64,000 nt of DNA from Nemertoderma westbladi (taxonomy: Eukaryota > Animalia > Xenacoelomorpha). Location: assembly GCA_032718475.1 (NCBI GenBank), contig JAUCBJ010008420.1:1-64000 (forward strand), read 5' to 3'. The notes under the pieces are model-generated. The model saw nothing but the letters and a program-made list of their open reading frames with translations. It was not told the origin of the DNA and did no database searches. Position numbers and translations under genes: made by a program. Positions 25,006-39,680 of the stretch are shown here, piece by piece. Within the stretch, counting starts at the first letter, position 1. Every line of letters begins with the position of its first letter.

Positions 25006-26408
25006 TACTACTACTGTATAACAATCAATAATGGTAATGGTGCATCTCTGCAATATTAATAAATTTAATACTTTCCTACTAGGACACCAAGGTATGGTAA
25101 CTATAACAGGTAATGATATATTGTACATGTGTAGAATGTAATCTTAATTAAATGACTTAATAAATGCAACTAAATTATAAATTTATTTATTACTTAGTTA
25201 ACTTCAATATTTATTTTTACCTAGATGCATGGATGGTTATTTTTAAACGATCTCACTGTTTTCTTTTTGTTTCTGTATTCCCTACAATCTTGTGTTTTTG
25301 CTTGTTTTCACCTGTTTTCATCTGTTGTCATAATGATCTAGTACTATCCCACAATTCCCTTGATTGAATGAATCACTCAATTCTTTCTGGAATGCCCATT
25401 AGGAGCTTGTCATTGATACCAAACTCTGCAGGTACTGCCATAACCAGAAGAACATATTTTACAGATCCTAATTTGCATCTGATCATCTGAGAGATGCTTG
25501 CTCAAGGTCTTCCCTAACCATCTCGCAAGGACTGCATCTGCCAGTCTTTCGAGGCCCGCAAATGCAATAAAACAATCGGCCATCGTAAGATGATTGCTTA
25601 ATTGATATCTACAAATGAACTCAGCAATATATTTATATTATATTATTATATTAACTCACAATGATAAACTCAGTCAGCTTTATGTGAATTCTCCCCCGCA
25701 TATAGGTCGATGTGTTCAGCCTCAATGATGACAGTATATGCGGGAAAATCAGCAATATCCTTTCTGACAGCAGCACAGCAGCCACCACCATTCTGAATGC
25801 TAACACATTGATTCAGTCAAATGTGAGGCAAAACCTATGACCTCATGTAGTATACCTCTATGGATCTATGTGCCGCTACCACCTCTCCATTGAAATTATA
25901 AATATCAGAATTTCATCATCAGAAGTCAATATATTGATCTTGTCCTTTCAGCAACATTCACTTGAAACTCATCCGCCTTGACCTCCCTCAACCCATTGCC
26001 TTATTGGCAGCCATCACTGCATCCACAGATATTCACAATGCTCATGGCCTCCCAGACATGATGAAAGTTGATAAGATTATATCCTTCTCTAAAGCACTAA
26101 CATCAATGACCACCTCAACAGTGTCTGGAAGTTCCTTCAGCACTACTGCTGCGAAGTCAGCACACCAACAAGATCCAGTTTTTCCTATGCAAAGTGTAGT
26201 TTGTAGGCTATGTTAGAGGGGTTGATGGGACCCAGGCTGACCTGCCCAATGTTTGGGCCATAGTGGAGTGGGTTTCCCTCAACCACACAACATAATCAAC
26301 TTGTGGAGCTTTGTCAGCTTGGTTGAGAAACTCATCCCTTTCTCAATGGACATCTCCGGCACGATCTCCGCCATCCCCACAACACATTGGACTGGAACCT
26401 GGAGAGTG

Positions 26409-29111
26409 GGGCACAAAAACTGATGGATTCTTCGCGAATTTCACAAACGTTGTGAAATTCGCGAATTTTGCAAACATTGGGAATATTTTGTTATTGGCTT
26501 CGCAAACGTCGCGAAATTCGCAAACATTGCAAACGTCGGGTATATTTTGTTATGTAAAAAAATATTGGCTTTGCAAACGTCGCGAAATTCGCAAATTTCG
26601 CAAACGCCAGGAATATTTTGTTATGTAAAATATTGGCTTCGCAAACGACGCGAAATTCGGAAATTTCGCAAACGTCAGGAATGTTTTGTATGTAAAATAT
26701 TGGCTTTGCAAACGTCACAAACATCGCGAAATTCGTGAATTTCGCAAACGTCGGGAATTTTTTCTTATGTAATATACAGGGTGTTCCACAAAATTTGACA
26801 CGTTTTTTTTATTACCTTTGCGCAATCCCAACCTAATTTCCTAGTTTTGGCGGCAATCAGAAGCCAAAAGATAAACTTAAACTTTGGTTTGGGTATGATA
26901 TGTTTTAGTTGCTATGGAAACTTCATGTTGGTATTATAAATCAAGAGTTTGATTATCCACTTAATATTACTATAAATATAAAGGTATAAAACTGCACATA
27001 TTAGTGAAATAATGGGACATAAAAGGGAGTCTAATATTAGGTGAGTTTACAATGAGTTCACTACTTCATACTAATTTTATTTATTTATTTTTTATAATTT
27101 AAAACTAATACACCTCAATATGCGATATTGAGGTGTATTACCCCCCCCCCCCCTCCGATATGCTGGGCGTGATCCAGTCTTCTCTGCATCTCCTTGAAGC
27201 AATTAGTTTGGTTTCAGAAATTGCAGCCCACACTGTAACCTTTGGGGTATCCCAAAAATTTTCTACAATTTTGTGAGGATTTTCCTTTCCCCAAATCCTA
27301 CAATTTACACCTGTCGACTGAAGACTCGACTCGTCGCTGAAGAACTCATTACTTAGGTCCTATCATGGAGGAACTCGACAATTTTAGTAGCGGCTTCAAC
27401 TCGTGTGTGGCGCAATCAGAAGATTGTAGTTCATGAACGATTTGGAGTTTGTAAGTTGGAAAGTGGAGATTCTTTGCAGTCCTATGCAATCATCCAAGAC
27501 TAACATTTAGTGCTCTACGATGATGATCTACGTAATGGGGTTTCTGGGTGTGCGGTTAAATATTATACAATATTATTAACAACATTTTCGCTAAGGGGCA
27601 GTCTACTGGAACCTTTCTTACGCTAAAGTGCGTTTTCGTTACGATATTTAATGACAATTATAGATATGTATTTCCTTATAGGTCGCCTTTCACCAGCATA
27701 TTTATGGGAATACTCTATAGTGATACCGTACAAGTTTTGCAGATTTCAGCTTATTAAATCTTACAAATTTACACTTACTTATGATGAAAATTTTCTAAAC
27801 ATATTAATTAGTTATTAAATTGGCATCCAATTGTACACCAAACACGTTTATGCTGTGATTATGTAGTGACTGTAAGCCAAACCATGAAGACATCACTAAC
27901 AGTAGACAACCAATATTTTTGTAACAAATGCGCAAATTAAAACACACTATAAGCTACCAGATAGATGATTGTCTAGAATAAGTAATTTTAGATCCCCACT
28001 TCACCTGACTTCACTCAATGATTTCACTAATACTTAATTTAGATCAATATTTAAAATTTGTCTAATAATTAATATCTCCCGAATAAATAATTATCTGAGG
28101 ACATTTCATACTATTTTTCAGAACAATTTAGTATGTTTCCATAGCAACTAAAATATTCCATACCCAAACCAATCGTTTATCTTTTGGTTTCCGATTGCCA
28201 CCAAAATGAGGAAATTAGGTTGACATCGCGCAAAGTTATTAAAAAACAAAACGTGTCGACTTTTGTGGAACACCCTGTATGTATATTGCCTTCACAAATT
28301 CTGCAAATAATAAACAATAAATACATAAAAGTTTAACTTGTTTCTATGGATAGTTTTTTTCGATATAACTAATTACTAAATTGTTGCGTTGTTCACCTGC
28401 AACTACTGTATAAGGAGGGAGGGCCTTTAATTTATCAAAGATTATGGGGAGGGGGTGGGGGTGGTAATTTGAGACATACAATTTGGTGTACACTATGTTC
28501 ACACTATTGTATTAATTAACGCGCTCAGGGACTGCAATATTGCCATAGGCATTACAATCTTGATAAATTTAGGGTTCATAACGCTGAAAATGACAAGTTA
28601 CAAATTTACGTACATCCATGTATATGAAAATGGCACTTTTCGTACAATTTTGTGTAAATAGTTATTAGTGGTAGCAATTTCTATTTCCATAAGAACAAAT
28701 AAAAAAAAAAACATATTTATTTCTTTCTTCCGATACTTCATAACAAATTGCACATAAGTATAATTAATGTTTTAAGTACGCCGCTGCAGTTGAGCAAATA
28801 GCATAGCTAGTGGAGCCCAACTGCAGCGACTTGACGTATTGGATGGCGTCAAGCGGGAAGATAGGACGACGTTTGCGAAGCCATTATTTTACATAACAAA
28901 AAATTCCCAATGTTTGCGAAATTCGCAAATTTTGCGACGTTTGCGAAATTTGTGAATTTCGCGACATTTGCGAAATTCGCGGCGTTTGCGAAGCCAAAAT
29001 TTTACCTAAAAAAAAAAATTTCAGATTTTTGCGAAATTCGCGAAAATTGCGATGTTTGCGAAATTCGCGACGTTTGCGAAATTCGAGAAGAATCCGTCAG
29101 TTTCTGTGCCC
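26409..29111. mobile_element. Non-autonomous TIR element with subterminal ttcgcaaacgtcgcgaaa arrays (Harbinger-like)
   Basis: GGGCACAAAAACTGATGGATTCTT ... AAGAATCCGTCAGTTTCTGTGCCC|TAA. Inverted subterminal arrays lie at 26430-26760 and 28870-29090. The left TSD is not conserved. Confidence 0.75.
26777..28277 (-). mobile_element. Tc1/mariner-superfamily element (maT/DD41D-like), degenerate transposase
   Basis: TA|CAGGGTGTTCCACAAAA ... TTTTGTGGAACACCCTG|TA with ~150-bp TIRs. Minus-strand relic FFSDESS...VNCRIWGKENP...PKVTVWAAIS. Confidence 0.85.
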
Positions 29112-30868
29112 TAATGAACCTGGACCATTCATCGTTGCTCCCTTTGGGCAGGAAATTGACACCTTGCTCAAGATGGATACAGAGTTGCACTATGCAATGT
29201 TGGAGCTCAAACTGATCACCATTGCTTGGAATAATGTTTATAAACTAGACTATAAATATATCAGCAGAATGGAGCAAGCAATATCTTTTATAAAACTTGG
29301 GGAAAATGGAACACTCCACAGCCAGTCAAGATTAAGATAAGTGCTACTTCTATATATACTGTAGAGCTCTTTGCAGCAGGTGAGGCTGGAATGCAATAAT
29401 TGTAGGGTACTTACTTACTATACATGGGAACATCGTAGACAGATATGGCATAGGTAAAATAAGGGTATGGCTGGATATGAGAATGTGGGGGCAGCAGTGA
29501 TCCCATTACTGCGATAATGATGTAATACAATAGTGGTACGCCTATGATAATGCTATCTCAGTATCAACAGTAATTGGGTCACAACAGGGTCGATTGATAG
29601 TGCTATTCAGAGCTATATATATATAAACATATACCTCCATATTGTAGATTGTATTTAATATATCATTATCACTCCACCCCACACCAATTTAAATATTATA
29701 AAGCAGTAATAATACTAGTTGTAGTAGGGAGGCTTAAAGCTAGCAGTAAGTGATTATCAAAGTCAGTGTGGCAGAAGCCAGTAATGCCACTGGATCATTT
29801 TAGGTTATTTCTTATTTTGAAAGGATGCTGCTATAGCCACATTTGGCTTTAATTGTGCATTTCCTGAAAATACATTCGGATAATTAACCTTTCGGAAACA
29901 CATATATATATATATTGACTCGGGTTAAATTCGAAAACCTATTCTGAAATGTTTTTCGAAATTTGATAGATATTGCATTTCATTAAGACCATGTTATAAT
30001 ATATTTCCATGCACCCCCCAACATTGTATTTTTAGAGTAAGTTATAGTCGTATAGTATAATTTCAATAGACATAGTTAGTTAATCATGATATATAAGTTA
30101 AATGAATATTCATACAAAAATACATAAAAACATGACAACATGCAGGAGTTCAAATATATGAACGATTTTGCATAAAAAAATAACGCAAATGTTGAAAATT
30201 ATTGTTTAGATCTAAAAATAAGTGTTATTTATAATCTGGCAATGAAATGAATTTATGATATCAAAATGCCATTTATATCATATTATTATGCTTCAAACAT
30301 CACCCTCCTGAATTGTTTTTATTTAATTGAAACAAAGAAATGAACTATAAATTTGTAATTATTGACTTCTATTTTATAACATAATAATACAAAATATTAT
30401 ATATCTCAGGAACATATATACATTATTGCTGGGATGTACAAAAGTATACAAAAGATATATGGAATACAGATTGTTCTAAACTGAAAAAACTAATAATAAT
30501 TATCCTTACAATAAACCCAAAATATTCATTTCGAATTTCGGTATACAGTTTACGGCTACATATAAAATAATAATTATGAACAATAATGAAATTGTCAATT
30601 GTTGGTGATAATGTCACATATATAATGTTGATGAAATGTAAATGTTATTTGCGTGGGTAAATTATATTAATTTAAAATAACATAAATAAATCAATAATAT
30701 TAACTAAAAATAACATTAATCATTAAATTATAATAACAATTGATATATTTATTAATTCAATTTTAGTATTTCAATTCAGTTTAGTTTTTATAATCACTAA
30801 AGTAATCTTTTCACTTTGGATATCTTGGTATCATGACAAGATTGTCCACCACCAGTATAATAAATAAA

Positions 30869-31090
30869 TTAATGACCAGCGTTAGTCGTTAGAGTCTCAT
30901 TGTTTTCTATTGGCCCAACACGACCAACACATCCAAATATTTGACGAAGACTGTCTTGAAACATCTTATATTGGGCGATGTACAGAAATGGGTTGCCCAT
31001 TGCGTTTACGAAAACACACAACACAAACAATTCGTCTAACCAACTGCCCCAATTGAGTTTCTCTTGGGCAATCAGAATAGTTCTGTTTAC
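30869..31090 (-). CDS. Class A GPCR, last exon (TM7, helix 8, stop)
   Basis: ttatag|VNRTILIAQEKLNWGSWLDELFVLCVFVNAMGNPFLYIAQYKMFQDSLRQIFGC...GH*; NPxxY motif; phase 0. Confidence 0.9.
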   Translation of the reverse strand, partial: VNRTILIAQEKLNWGSWLDELFVLCVFVNAMGNPFLYIAQYKMFQDSLRQIFGCVGRVGPIENNETLTTNAGH

Positions 31091-31644
31091 CTATAAGTGA
31101 AAAAAATATGTATTTATTTAATATTCAACCTCATTTATTGCCAATTTATTGTATCTAAGGTTAGTTATCCCTTGGGTGTGCAGTACAGTATATCCAAATA
31201 CAGCAATCATATCAACCAAAATTCTGGAAGTTTATGAACAGTTTTCGTCTGGTACTTTCGGAACAAACATATGGAAACCATATCGGCCCTATAAGCAATT
31301 TACCAGAATGATCATATCTACTCACGGTGCAACTTTTCTACACAGTTGCTTTTGCTTTTTATATTGTTAAAATAGGTTAAAATGTCAGTCATGAAAGAAA
31401 CTTTCACATTTCTTGTTGTCTGCAGAACTAAAGTGTTAATTCTAATGATACTGTGGAGATAATGACAGATTGTCTTGTAGACAATGAAGAACATGATAAA
31501 TTATTATTAGGTTCACATGACACATTGGCCAGAAAAATAATGTACCACAGTGAGGGGATTGTGAATGCTGCGAGCGACTCTGCAATAAAGCATCTCTCCC
31601 TTTATTGCTCAAAGGATGGCCAACCAGACACAATATAACTCAAT

Positions 31645-31979
31645 CTCAATCTCAATGGTTCCCCCAAGCTTGACAATAGAACAAAGCCACTGCCACTTTG
31701 CAGGACATTGCTTTCGCTGTGAGGACCAGCCAGTGCATAATCTTGTGATTTGGCAGCCTCATGGAGTGAATAATCATGGTGGACGGCCCATGACTTTCTT
31801 GAGACGATTCTTAAAGGACACTGGCATTGAAGATGCGGATGATCTAGAAAATGTCATGGGTGATAGGGAGTTGAGACGGCGCAATTTTGTCGACAAGCCG
31901 GCACAGCATTCTTAATATATATGTATTATATATATATATATATAATGCAGCTGCAATACAGCATGCTAATCCTAGTAGT
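31645..31979 (+). mobile_element. RTE 3'-end fragment (inverted relative to the 32848-34911 copy)
   Basis: VPPSLTIEQ...FAGHCFRCEDQPVHNLVIWQPHG...DKPAQHS*, followed by the 3' UTR and tagtag. Confidence 0.9.
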
Positions 31980-32276
31980 CTCTCCCTTTATATCCAAGGA
32001 AGATGAAAACTATCCTATGGGCTGAGGATCTGAGTTACCCATATCAAAACCGAAGGAAGGCAATGGTAGACAGGCAACTTTCAAGTGTATATTGTAAATG
32101 AGGAAATCAAGAGCTATTACAGATGGAGTCAAGGCCGCATAACTGGCGCTGAATCGACAGTCAGTGTCAGCTACTCTGTGAGCGGAGCAGTTTGCTGCCA
32201 TCAATGGTGCTGTTAAATCTGCCATTTTTTTTACCTTTTGCAAAAAAAGTAAAACATAGATTGTTCCCAGTCTTAC

Positions 32277-32390
32277 CTGGTTTGGCGTCCAACAAATAAT
32301 GAAGAATGTTCCCACACAGACAACAGTTTTGATGACATTCCGTTTGACTGTTTCCTGAAACTGGGTACCTGGCCTTGCTGCCGAACCATC
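32277..32390 (-). CDS. Class A GPCR exon (ICL3-TM6)
   Basis: tttcag|DGSAARPGTQFQETVKRNVIKTVVCVGTFFIICWTPNQ|gtaaga; CWxP motif; 114 nt, phase 0/0. Confidence 0.9.
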
Positions 32391-32847
32391 CTGAAATTAA
32401 CCAATTAAAGGCATTAAAATCGAAAGTCATTCTTTTGTGGCATATTTACAATTTATACTTCTTTATGTACTGTCAAATTTTATTTATAGTTTTTTTTCTA
32501 TTAATTAATTAATGACAACATTAATATATTATTAACAAATAAAAAAATACGCAATATCAAGAATAAAAGCTCTTATATTTCTGGAAGTTAATCACCACTT
32601 ACTTGCAGTATGGTTTTAATTTGCACTACATTAAGAAACTCTCTGTCATCATTATGGTTTTAATTTTCAATTCAGAGATTGTATCCAGAACCAAATAAAA
32701 TGGGGTGATCTGTGTCAAATGTCAAATACCAAAAGAGTTATGGATCTCTCCCATTTTGGTTAAATTTTAATATAAGGTTAAGCGCAGTGATTGCACAGAA
32801 CAAAACACTGTATTTTATGGTGCATAGTTGCACAGGTTGCATTACAC

Positions 32848-34911
32848 TACTACTACTACTACTAGGATCGGCATGCTGCATTGCAGCTGCATTTTTAAGA
32901 ATGCTGTGCCGGCTTGTCAACAAAATTGCACCGCCACAACTCCCTATCACCCATGACATTTGCTAGATCATCCGCATCTTTAAGGCCAGTGTCCATTAAG
33001 ATGCGTCTCAAGAAAGTCATGGGCTGTCCACCATGCTTATTCACTCCATGAGGCTGCCAAAGTACAAGATTATGCACTGGCTGGTCCTCACGGCGAAAGC
33101 AATGTCCTGCAAAGCGGAGGCGATTTTGTTCTAGTGTCAAGCTTGGGGGAACCAATGAGACACCTCCAATGTTATATAGTGTCTGGTTGGAGATGTGTGC
33201 ATTGTACTTGACACAATGAACCCGGCGTAGCATTCTTGTGAATGTGCCATCCAGAGATTTGGTGTCCTCAGCAGTTAGAGCCCAGCATGGACTCCCGTAG
33301 AGGAGTACTGGAACTACTGCTGCTCTAAATAATCGGACCTTAAGTTTCCGATTAATTCTCGGTGACTTCCAAATCCTGGAAAGCCTATTCAAGGCTGCCC
33401 ATGCCTTTCCCTTACGTATTCGAAGGTCCTCACCTGACTTCCGGATCCATGATCCCAGGTAACAGAAGTCGTCCACATGCTCAAGCATACCATCCTTTGA
33501 GCTTATGCTCATCCGATCAGAGACTTGCTGAGGACTTTCAAAGTTAACTGTCAGAATTTTGGTCTTTCTGGAGTTAATAAAAAGACCAACACTAGAAGCA
33601 GCATGTTCTAATGAGCTGAGGAGCCGTTGGGCTCCCTCTAATGATTCTGAGAGTACTCCTAAGTCATCAGCAAAGTCTAGATCAGTTAGGTACTTGGCAG
33701 GATTTCCTCGACTTCTGGAGCCAGTAGGTGGAGTTATCATCACCCCATCATCATTATGATGATCTACGGACATGCGTAGAACATAGTCAACCACAATAAT
33801 GAACAAGAATGGTGCAAGTGTGTCTCCTTGGAGGACGCCCCATAACACTTCAAATGGTTCTGTGTCACCGTCAACAGTAGACACAAATGTTGTCGAACCA
33901 TCGTATACTGATCTGATTGCTGCAATAATTTCATCAGGAATCCCATATAATGAAAGTATGCTGAACATACGTGAGCGAGAGACTGAATCAAAGGCCTTGA
34001 AGAAGTCAACAAAGATAACAGCCAGATGCCTGTCTTTCTTATTTGATAATTCTTCAATTATCCTTCTAAGTGCCAAAATGGGCTCCATGGTCCCACGACC
34101 TTTACGGAACCCATTCTGATTTCCACGGAGCAGTCTCTCAATGGGATCCCTGATGCGATTTAATAGAATCCTATTGTATAGCTTTGCAGCAATCGAGATC
34201 AATGAGATTCCCCGAAAAGAACCATAGAGTGTTAGGTTGCCCTTCTTGGGAACTGGCACCAACTTATTTGTTTTCATTTCTTGTGGGACTCTTGTTGTAC
34301 GGTACATGTCTACTATGATGGGATAGATGAGCTTTAAACACTCAGGTATTTTAAAGACCTCAGGGGGAACACCATCTACTCCACTGGCACGATTGGTCTT
34401 AATGCTCTTTGCAGCAGCCTTCACTTCTGCAAAGGAGATATCGCCAATGGGAATATCTGGGAGTACAGACTCAGACACCTTTACTTCTATAAAGTTATCA
34501 GGCAATACCCTGTCATTATTGAGGAGCTTTTCAAAGTGGGCTTTCCAACCATTGAGGCGATCGGCTGGTGATTCAGCCTTAACCTTGGTGGTTGGTTGGC
34601 TTTTCCGCCCAGTAAGCAGATTGATCGATTTCCATGCCTGGGATGATTGCCTGCTGTCGTCAGCATCATTGATGGCATCAACCTGTTGGTTTATTAGCTC
34701 CTGTAGATTAACAGAGTACTGCCTGTTCAGGGACCTAGATGCAGCCTTAACTGCATTCTTGGCCGCTGTAGTCTGTTTGAGTCGGGACTCTTTCTGCGCC
34801 TTATGAAGGTCATTTCGGCACTTTTGAATTTTGTTGTCAGTCCAGGGGGCCCTTTTCCTGTTTCGAGGGTATACAGGAACTGTTTCTGCAGCTGCTAACT
34901 TAACTGCTTCT
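32848..34911 (-). mobile_element. Young 5'-truncated RTE-clade LINE with intact RT
   Basis: 536-aa ORF with FVDFFKAFDSV, GVLQGDTLAPFLF and DLDFADD; (TAG)n tail; candidate TSD ATTACAC at 32841 and 34912. Confidence 0.95.
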
Positions 34912-35380
34912 ATTACACAATAACGGCATTATTTCTTAAACTAGATAAATTATATGTTATTCCCTCTCCCTCATGAAAACTTTATTTTTAAACACACAAA
35001 ATATTGATATTGTTATTAAATTGACACATGATGTAAACAAAAAATAAGAATCTATGTATATAAAATAATAATATAATAATAATATATATAATATAATATT
35101 ATATTATATATAATATTATTATATGATAATATGATAATATAATAATAATATAATGTATGTAAAAATATCTGTATAAGAATGAATGTATATTTACTATATG
35201 ATGTGCTTGAGTAATGTATATTTACAATATTATCCAGATTATGCCTAAATACGTGTTGTTACAAGTTACAATTTGTTTATTGCACCTGTCAGGGATGGGT
35301 CTTTGAGGTAAACCACGTTTTGTGACCTCTTCTTTCAGCCTACAGTATCTATTTATTGACATGTTCAGTGATCTACTTAC

Positions 35381-35514
35381 TTGATTGTCTGTCTTCTTCA
35401 CCCTAAATTTGAAGTAAATGCGACCGTAGCAATAAAGCAAAGTAAGTAGTGGAAAAACATAGTTGAGAAAAATGAAGTAAATGTTTAACAATTGCTGACA
35501 TGTTGGACAAAATT
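35381..35514 (-). CDS. Class A GPCR exon (TM5)
   Basis: ttttag|(E)FCPTCQQLLNIYFIFLNYVFPLLTLLYCYGRIYFKFRVKKTDNQ|gtaagt; FxxP...CYxxI pattern; phases 1/0 fit the neighbouring exons. Confidence 0.9.
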
Positions 35515-37420
35515 CTAAAACAAATGAAAATATTATAAATCATAGTAGTCAAGATAAAAATAAATGGGAATTATATTAATGAAATATATTTATTTTATAC
35601 TTTATATAGAAAAAAAAGAATTAAAACCTGCACTGTCAGAAGTTCTATCATGTAGGTCGGTGGTGGGCTGGATGGATGTGGTAGAGGGGGGGGGGGGGGG
35701 GGGGGGGGGGGGTTTCTATTGACTTAATGTATCAATAATTGATGATAATTAATGAAACAGTCATTATTTAAGTCAAGAGCAAATTAATTATATGAACTCT
35801 TAAAAGGAACAACAGAGAAGGTATTATAACAGAGAAGGTAGTATACCTTAACACACCTACATCGGTAACTATTACCTACCATGACCCCTCAATACCCTAT
35901 TAAGAAATAAAAACATGCCCCATATCACTGCAAGCCAAAGGGAAAGTTAGACAACTATAGTTTTCTGTAATTAAATCAAATCATGCTGCTAATATCTATG
36001 GTATGGTGTGGGAATAGGCACTAAGGAAATTTATAAGGGAAATAAAAATTTATTGAAATCACCCTTTTTAAAGAAGCACTAAGCTAGACCCCTATCGACC
36101 CCAATCTTATAAGGGAACCACGTAAAAATGAGACACGTATAGTCTTTATTGATTCCAGGTTTAATAAATATATATTGAGGTGATAATGAAGGGATGATTT
36201 ATATGGAAGTGGGGGATAGCCATAGCGGCCATAGTCAATCAGTGTTAGACCAACTGGGACACACAACAGCCAACTCTGTCCCAGGGAGAAGGGATGGTAT
36301 GGTATGATATTATTGTTACAGTGAACCAATCAGTTAAATATCGCCATTTGACTGTTCCTTGGCTGTTCCTTGAGACACCCTGCAATTGTAAGTATGAAAA
36401 AAGCGAGAAGAAATGATATAAAGTACAGTACAGTAAAGTAAATTTTTTTTCGGCCATTAGGCCAGGGATTGTGCACAAAGTCTGATGACTTATTCCAAGT
36501 GCGGTCCCCCCAGAACTCAGAACCCAGAAGCTCCCCAGAGGAAACTCCAGTTCTTATATAGCTACCACTTGAGGATGCAAGACAGAGATGCACCATGGCT
36601 GGTCCCTTCAAAGCATTCGTGCCGAAACGAAAACTGGCCTGGCCTATGTGTAGTCGAGTTTTGGAGCCTTTTTGGCTATTTATTTATATCAATACTATTC
36701 ACTCCCTCGGAATTTGTTTAATACAAGAGGTTTATAGTGAAATGGCCGCAATCACAATATCTATTAAAGAACCACTATCATTCATACCACTGTTGTCAGA
36801 TTACAGAGTAATATTCATTCAAGTATTAGTAACAAAGTTTAGTAGAAAAGGTTAATCAAATACAATAATGATGTCCCACAAACCAGTAAACAGGCTATGC
36901 TGATTGACTGGTATGCAGTTACTGTCAGACTGTAAAGGTGACAGGCAGATTTGCACTGACTGGTTGCTGTGGAGTGTGGATCTTTGGTAAGGTAGCAGGA
37001 TATCATAACACTGCAATATTAAGTGTATATCCTATGGCAACTACCCTACGTCCCTATAGGACACCTACACGCATCTATAAAGCCTACAGTACACCTCATG
37101 GAATAGACATACCTATATTATTCTGTAGGAACAATCATTTGACAAGGAATAATGCCTTGCATGAGCCTTTTCAAATGATTCCTTAAAATGGTCAGTTAGT
37201 AGAATAGCCTAATTTAATCACTGCTAACAAACATGGTGGGTCCCTGGTTATTGGTGGTAAAGGTGGATTTCATTACCTGAAGTGTGGGAAAACTTTCAAA
37301 AAAGCCCTACATGCCAAAAGACGTCTCCAGTGTTTTCGTTTGTCATTAATATGTTCGCCATAGTGAACAGGAATGGAATATATTCTAAGTTTGTATATTT
37401 AATATTTTTTACTTACATAC

Positions 37421-37593
37421 CTGGACCATCTGGATTTGCAATTGGGAATGTGCAAGCTTGATTGGATTCTTCTGGCCCAAGATTTACGTTATTACTATAC
37501 CAGATAGCTGCCCAATATGGTATCTGACTACACACTGAGAACAACCAGACACCAAGGCAGGCAACCTGTCCTACACGCATGGATACATTATTC
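37421..37593 (-). CDS. Class A GPCR exon (TM4-ECL2)
   Basis: ttcccag|(R)NNVSMRVGQVACLGVWLFSVCSQIPYWAAIWYSNN...QACTFPIANPDGP|gtatgt; TM4 Trp and ECL2 Cys; phases 2/1. Confidence 0.9.
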
Positions 37594-39680
37594 CTGGGAA
37601 GTAAATATTTATATTTGAGAATTATATTATTGATACTAAGTAACTTTGAATTAGTTCACAACTTTAAATATCTCAAATTTCGTATTAGCCACATTTGAAA
37701 AATGAGTATATTATAAATTTAAAACAAGCACTTGAAGCGACATTTTAATTAACATTTTATTACTATAATTGCTATCAGCGCAATTTTTCATTGTGCACAA
37801 GCTTAGCAATACTTATAATATCCATAATGCATATATAACAGGAAATGTTTATAGTTATTACTTAATCTTTAATGTTATTTGAAAATGGAAAAATTATGTA
37901 ACTCCCCTGCATAATTATTAAAATAAACGGAATGCCTATGAATATATATATCTCTTCTTTTATAAATCATAGATTGTTCAACTAATTTGACAACACTGTC
38001 CAATCTGAGAGCATGACTGACTATATATTATCATGTTTTGTACATTTCAGAACATTATTTTGCAGGTAACTAACTGATGTTACAATTATTAAGGTGTCAA
38101 AATCAATCATTATACTGATTGCCATGACCAATATATACCTAAAAATTAACATCAATTTGGTTTCTTGAATTAATTACAACGTTTTTAATCCTGGCGAAAA
38201 CGTGACCATATAGCCTTAAGTGGGAGGGTAGCTGCTTAGAGCTTGGTTTAGGCAATAAGGTGTCATGATAATTGCATAGCCTCATTGCCTTTAATATGGC
38301 ATATCCAATTATCCATCCAACCTTGTGTGCCCTGTGAACATTTTGGTATATTTCCAATTCAGGGATTTGGATCATCGGCTGTAAGAGTCCATCAATATCT
38401 GGCATAGAGCAGGACAGGCTGCAACCTACACTGAAATTTTCACCCTTCTTTAAGGAGTAATTCAAGTAATCTATCTGATATTAAGATCTTTGACAACTGG
38501 TTGATGAGCAGCCATTCTTTGCCATGATAGATTTACTATTCTTTTCATGCAGGTCTCATGATGTTTCCATTGGTCAACTTCTGTTTCAAATCAATATTCA
38601 CTTTACCGTTAGGAGTTTGGTCTTTATGCTATAAGCAAAAGATTAGCTTTTGGAGGTAGCTTTGAAATAACTGAAAAAAACATTATTTAAGCATAATCCT
38701 ATGTTTCTGAAAGAATGTCAACAAAACTGATAGCCAATTTCCTGACCTGTTTTTTGCTGTTAGTTCTTTGTGGCTTCTTAAATGCTATATTGGATCTAAG
38801 GTGCCTCTTTCTTTACCGAAACCATTTTGGTTGCCAGACAAGAGTTCCGTCTAACGGATTCCTGTTTGCATTTCCTTATGATACTGTTTGATACTCTAGT
38901 ATGTGTGGCTTATTTGATGCTCTTAATATTCAGATAGCAGCTCAGTTAAAAGGTAGATCCGGAAATACTCCCTGATAATTTGTATGCCTGCAACTCTAAC
39001 CAACTATGGATGTGCCCACTGCCTAATATATTATAAAAATGGTATTATATTTTATAAATTAATACCTTTTTATACTAGTCTTATACTTGTATACTTTAAA
39101 ACTCTACTCTAAAATTTAGTTTTGTCACACATTTGGAAACTACATTTAATCCTTGTATTCCAATCAAGGAAATAACGATTATATCTTGTAAAAATAGGAA
39201 TTTTATTTTTATTATTAATTAATTAATATTAAATAGTACAAAACAATAGTCCATGGGAAGGTAGATCTTATCTTTCTAAATTATCAGTACTGTTTATTGG
39301 TTACTTTTCTACAATATTGTGAAAAATATTTATATATAGTAGTAAAACTACACTTTATATACTAACTAATCTAATACGACTAATGGTAATTTATTCAATT
39401 CTATTCCTGTGGATAAGACGAAGGTCAGTTAATTAATTAATGAGATCGAGCTCCCTATTTTGCGTTTAGTTTTTGCGGTTACGTTTAGGATGCGATAGAT
39501 TGGATGTCCAACACAGGACATGATTTGAAGTCACCAGACAGCACCCGGCCTTTGTCTATCATTTTCTTGAAAATGGGCTTTCTAACCTGCCAGGTGTGAA
39601 TCAGCTTAGGTATACATATATTTAAGTAGATCACCATTTATGCTACTGGTGCCGGCTGGGGCAATAATTTTTATATTTAC

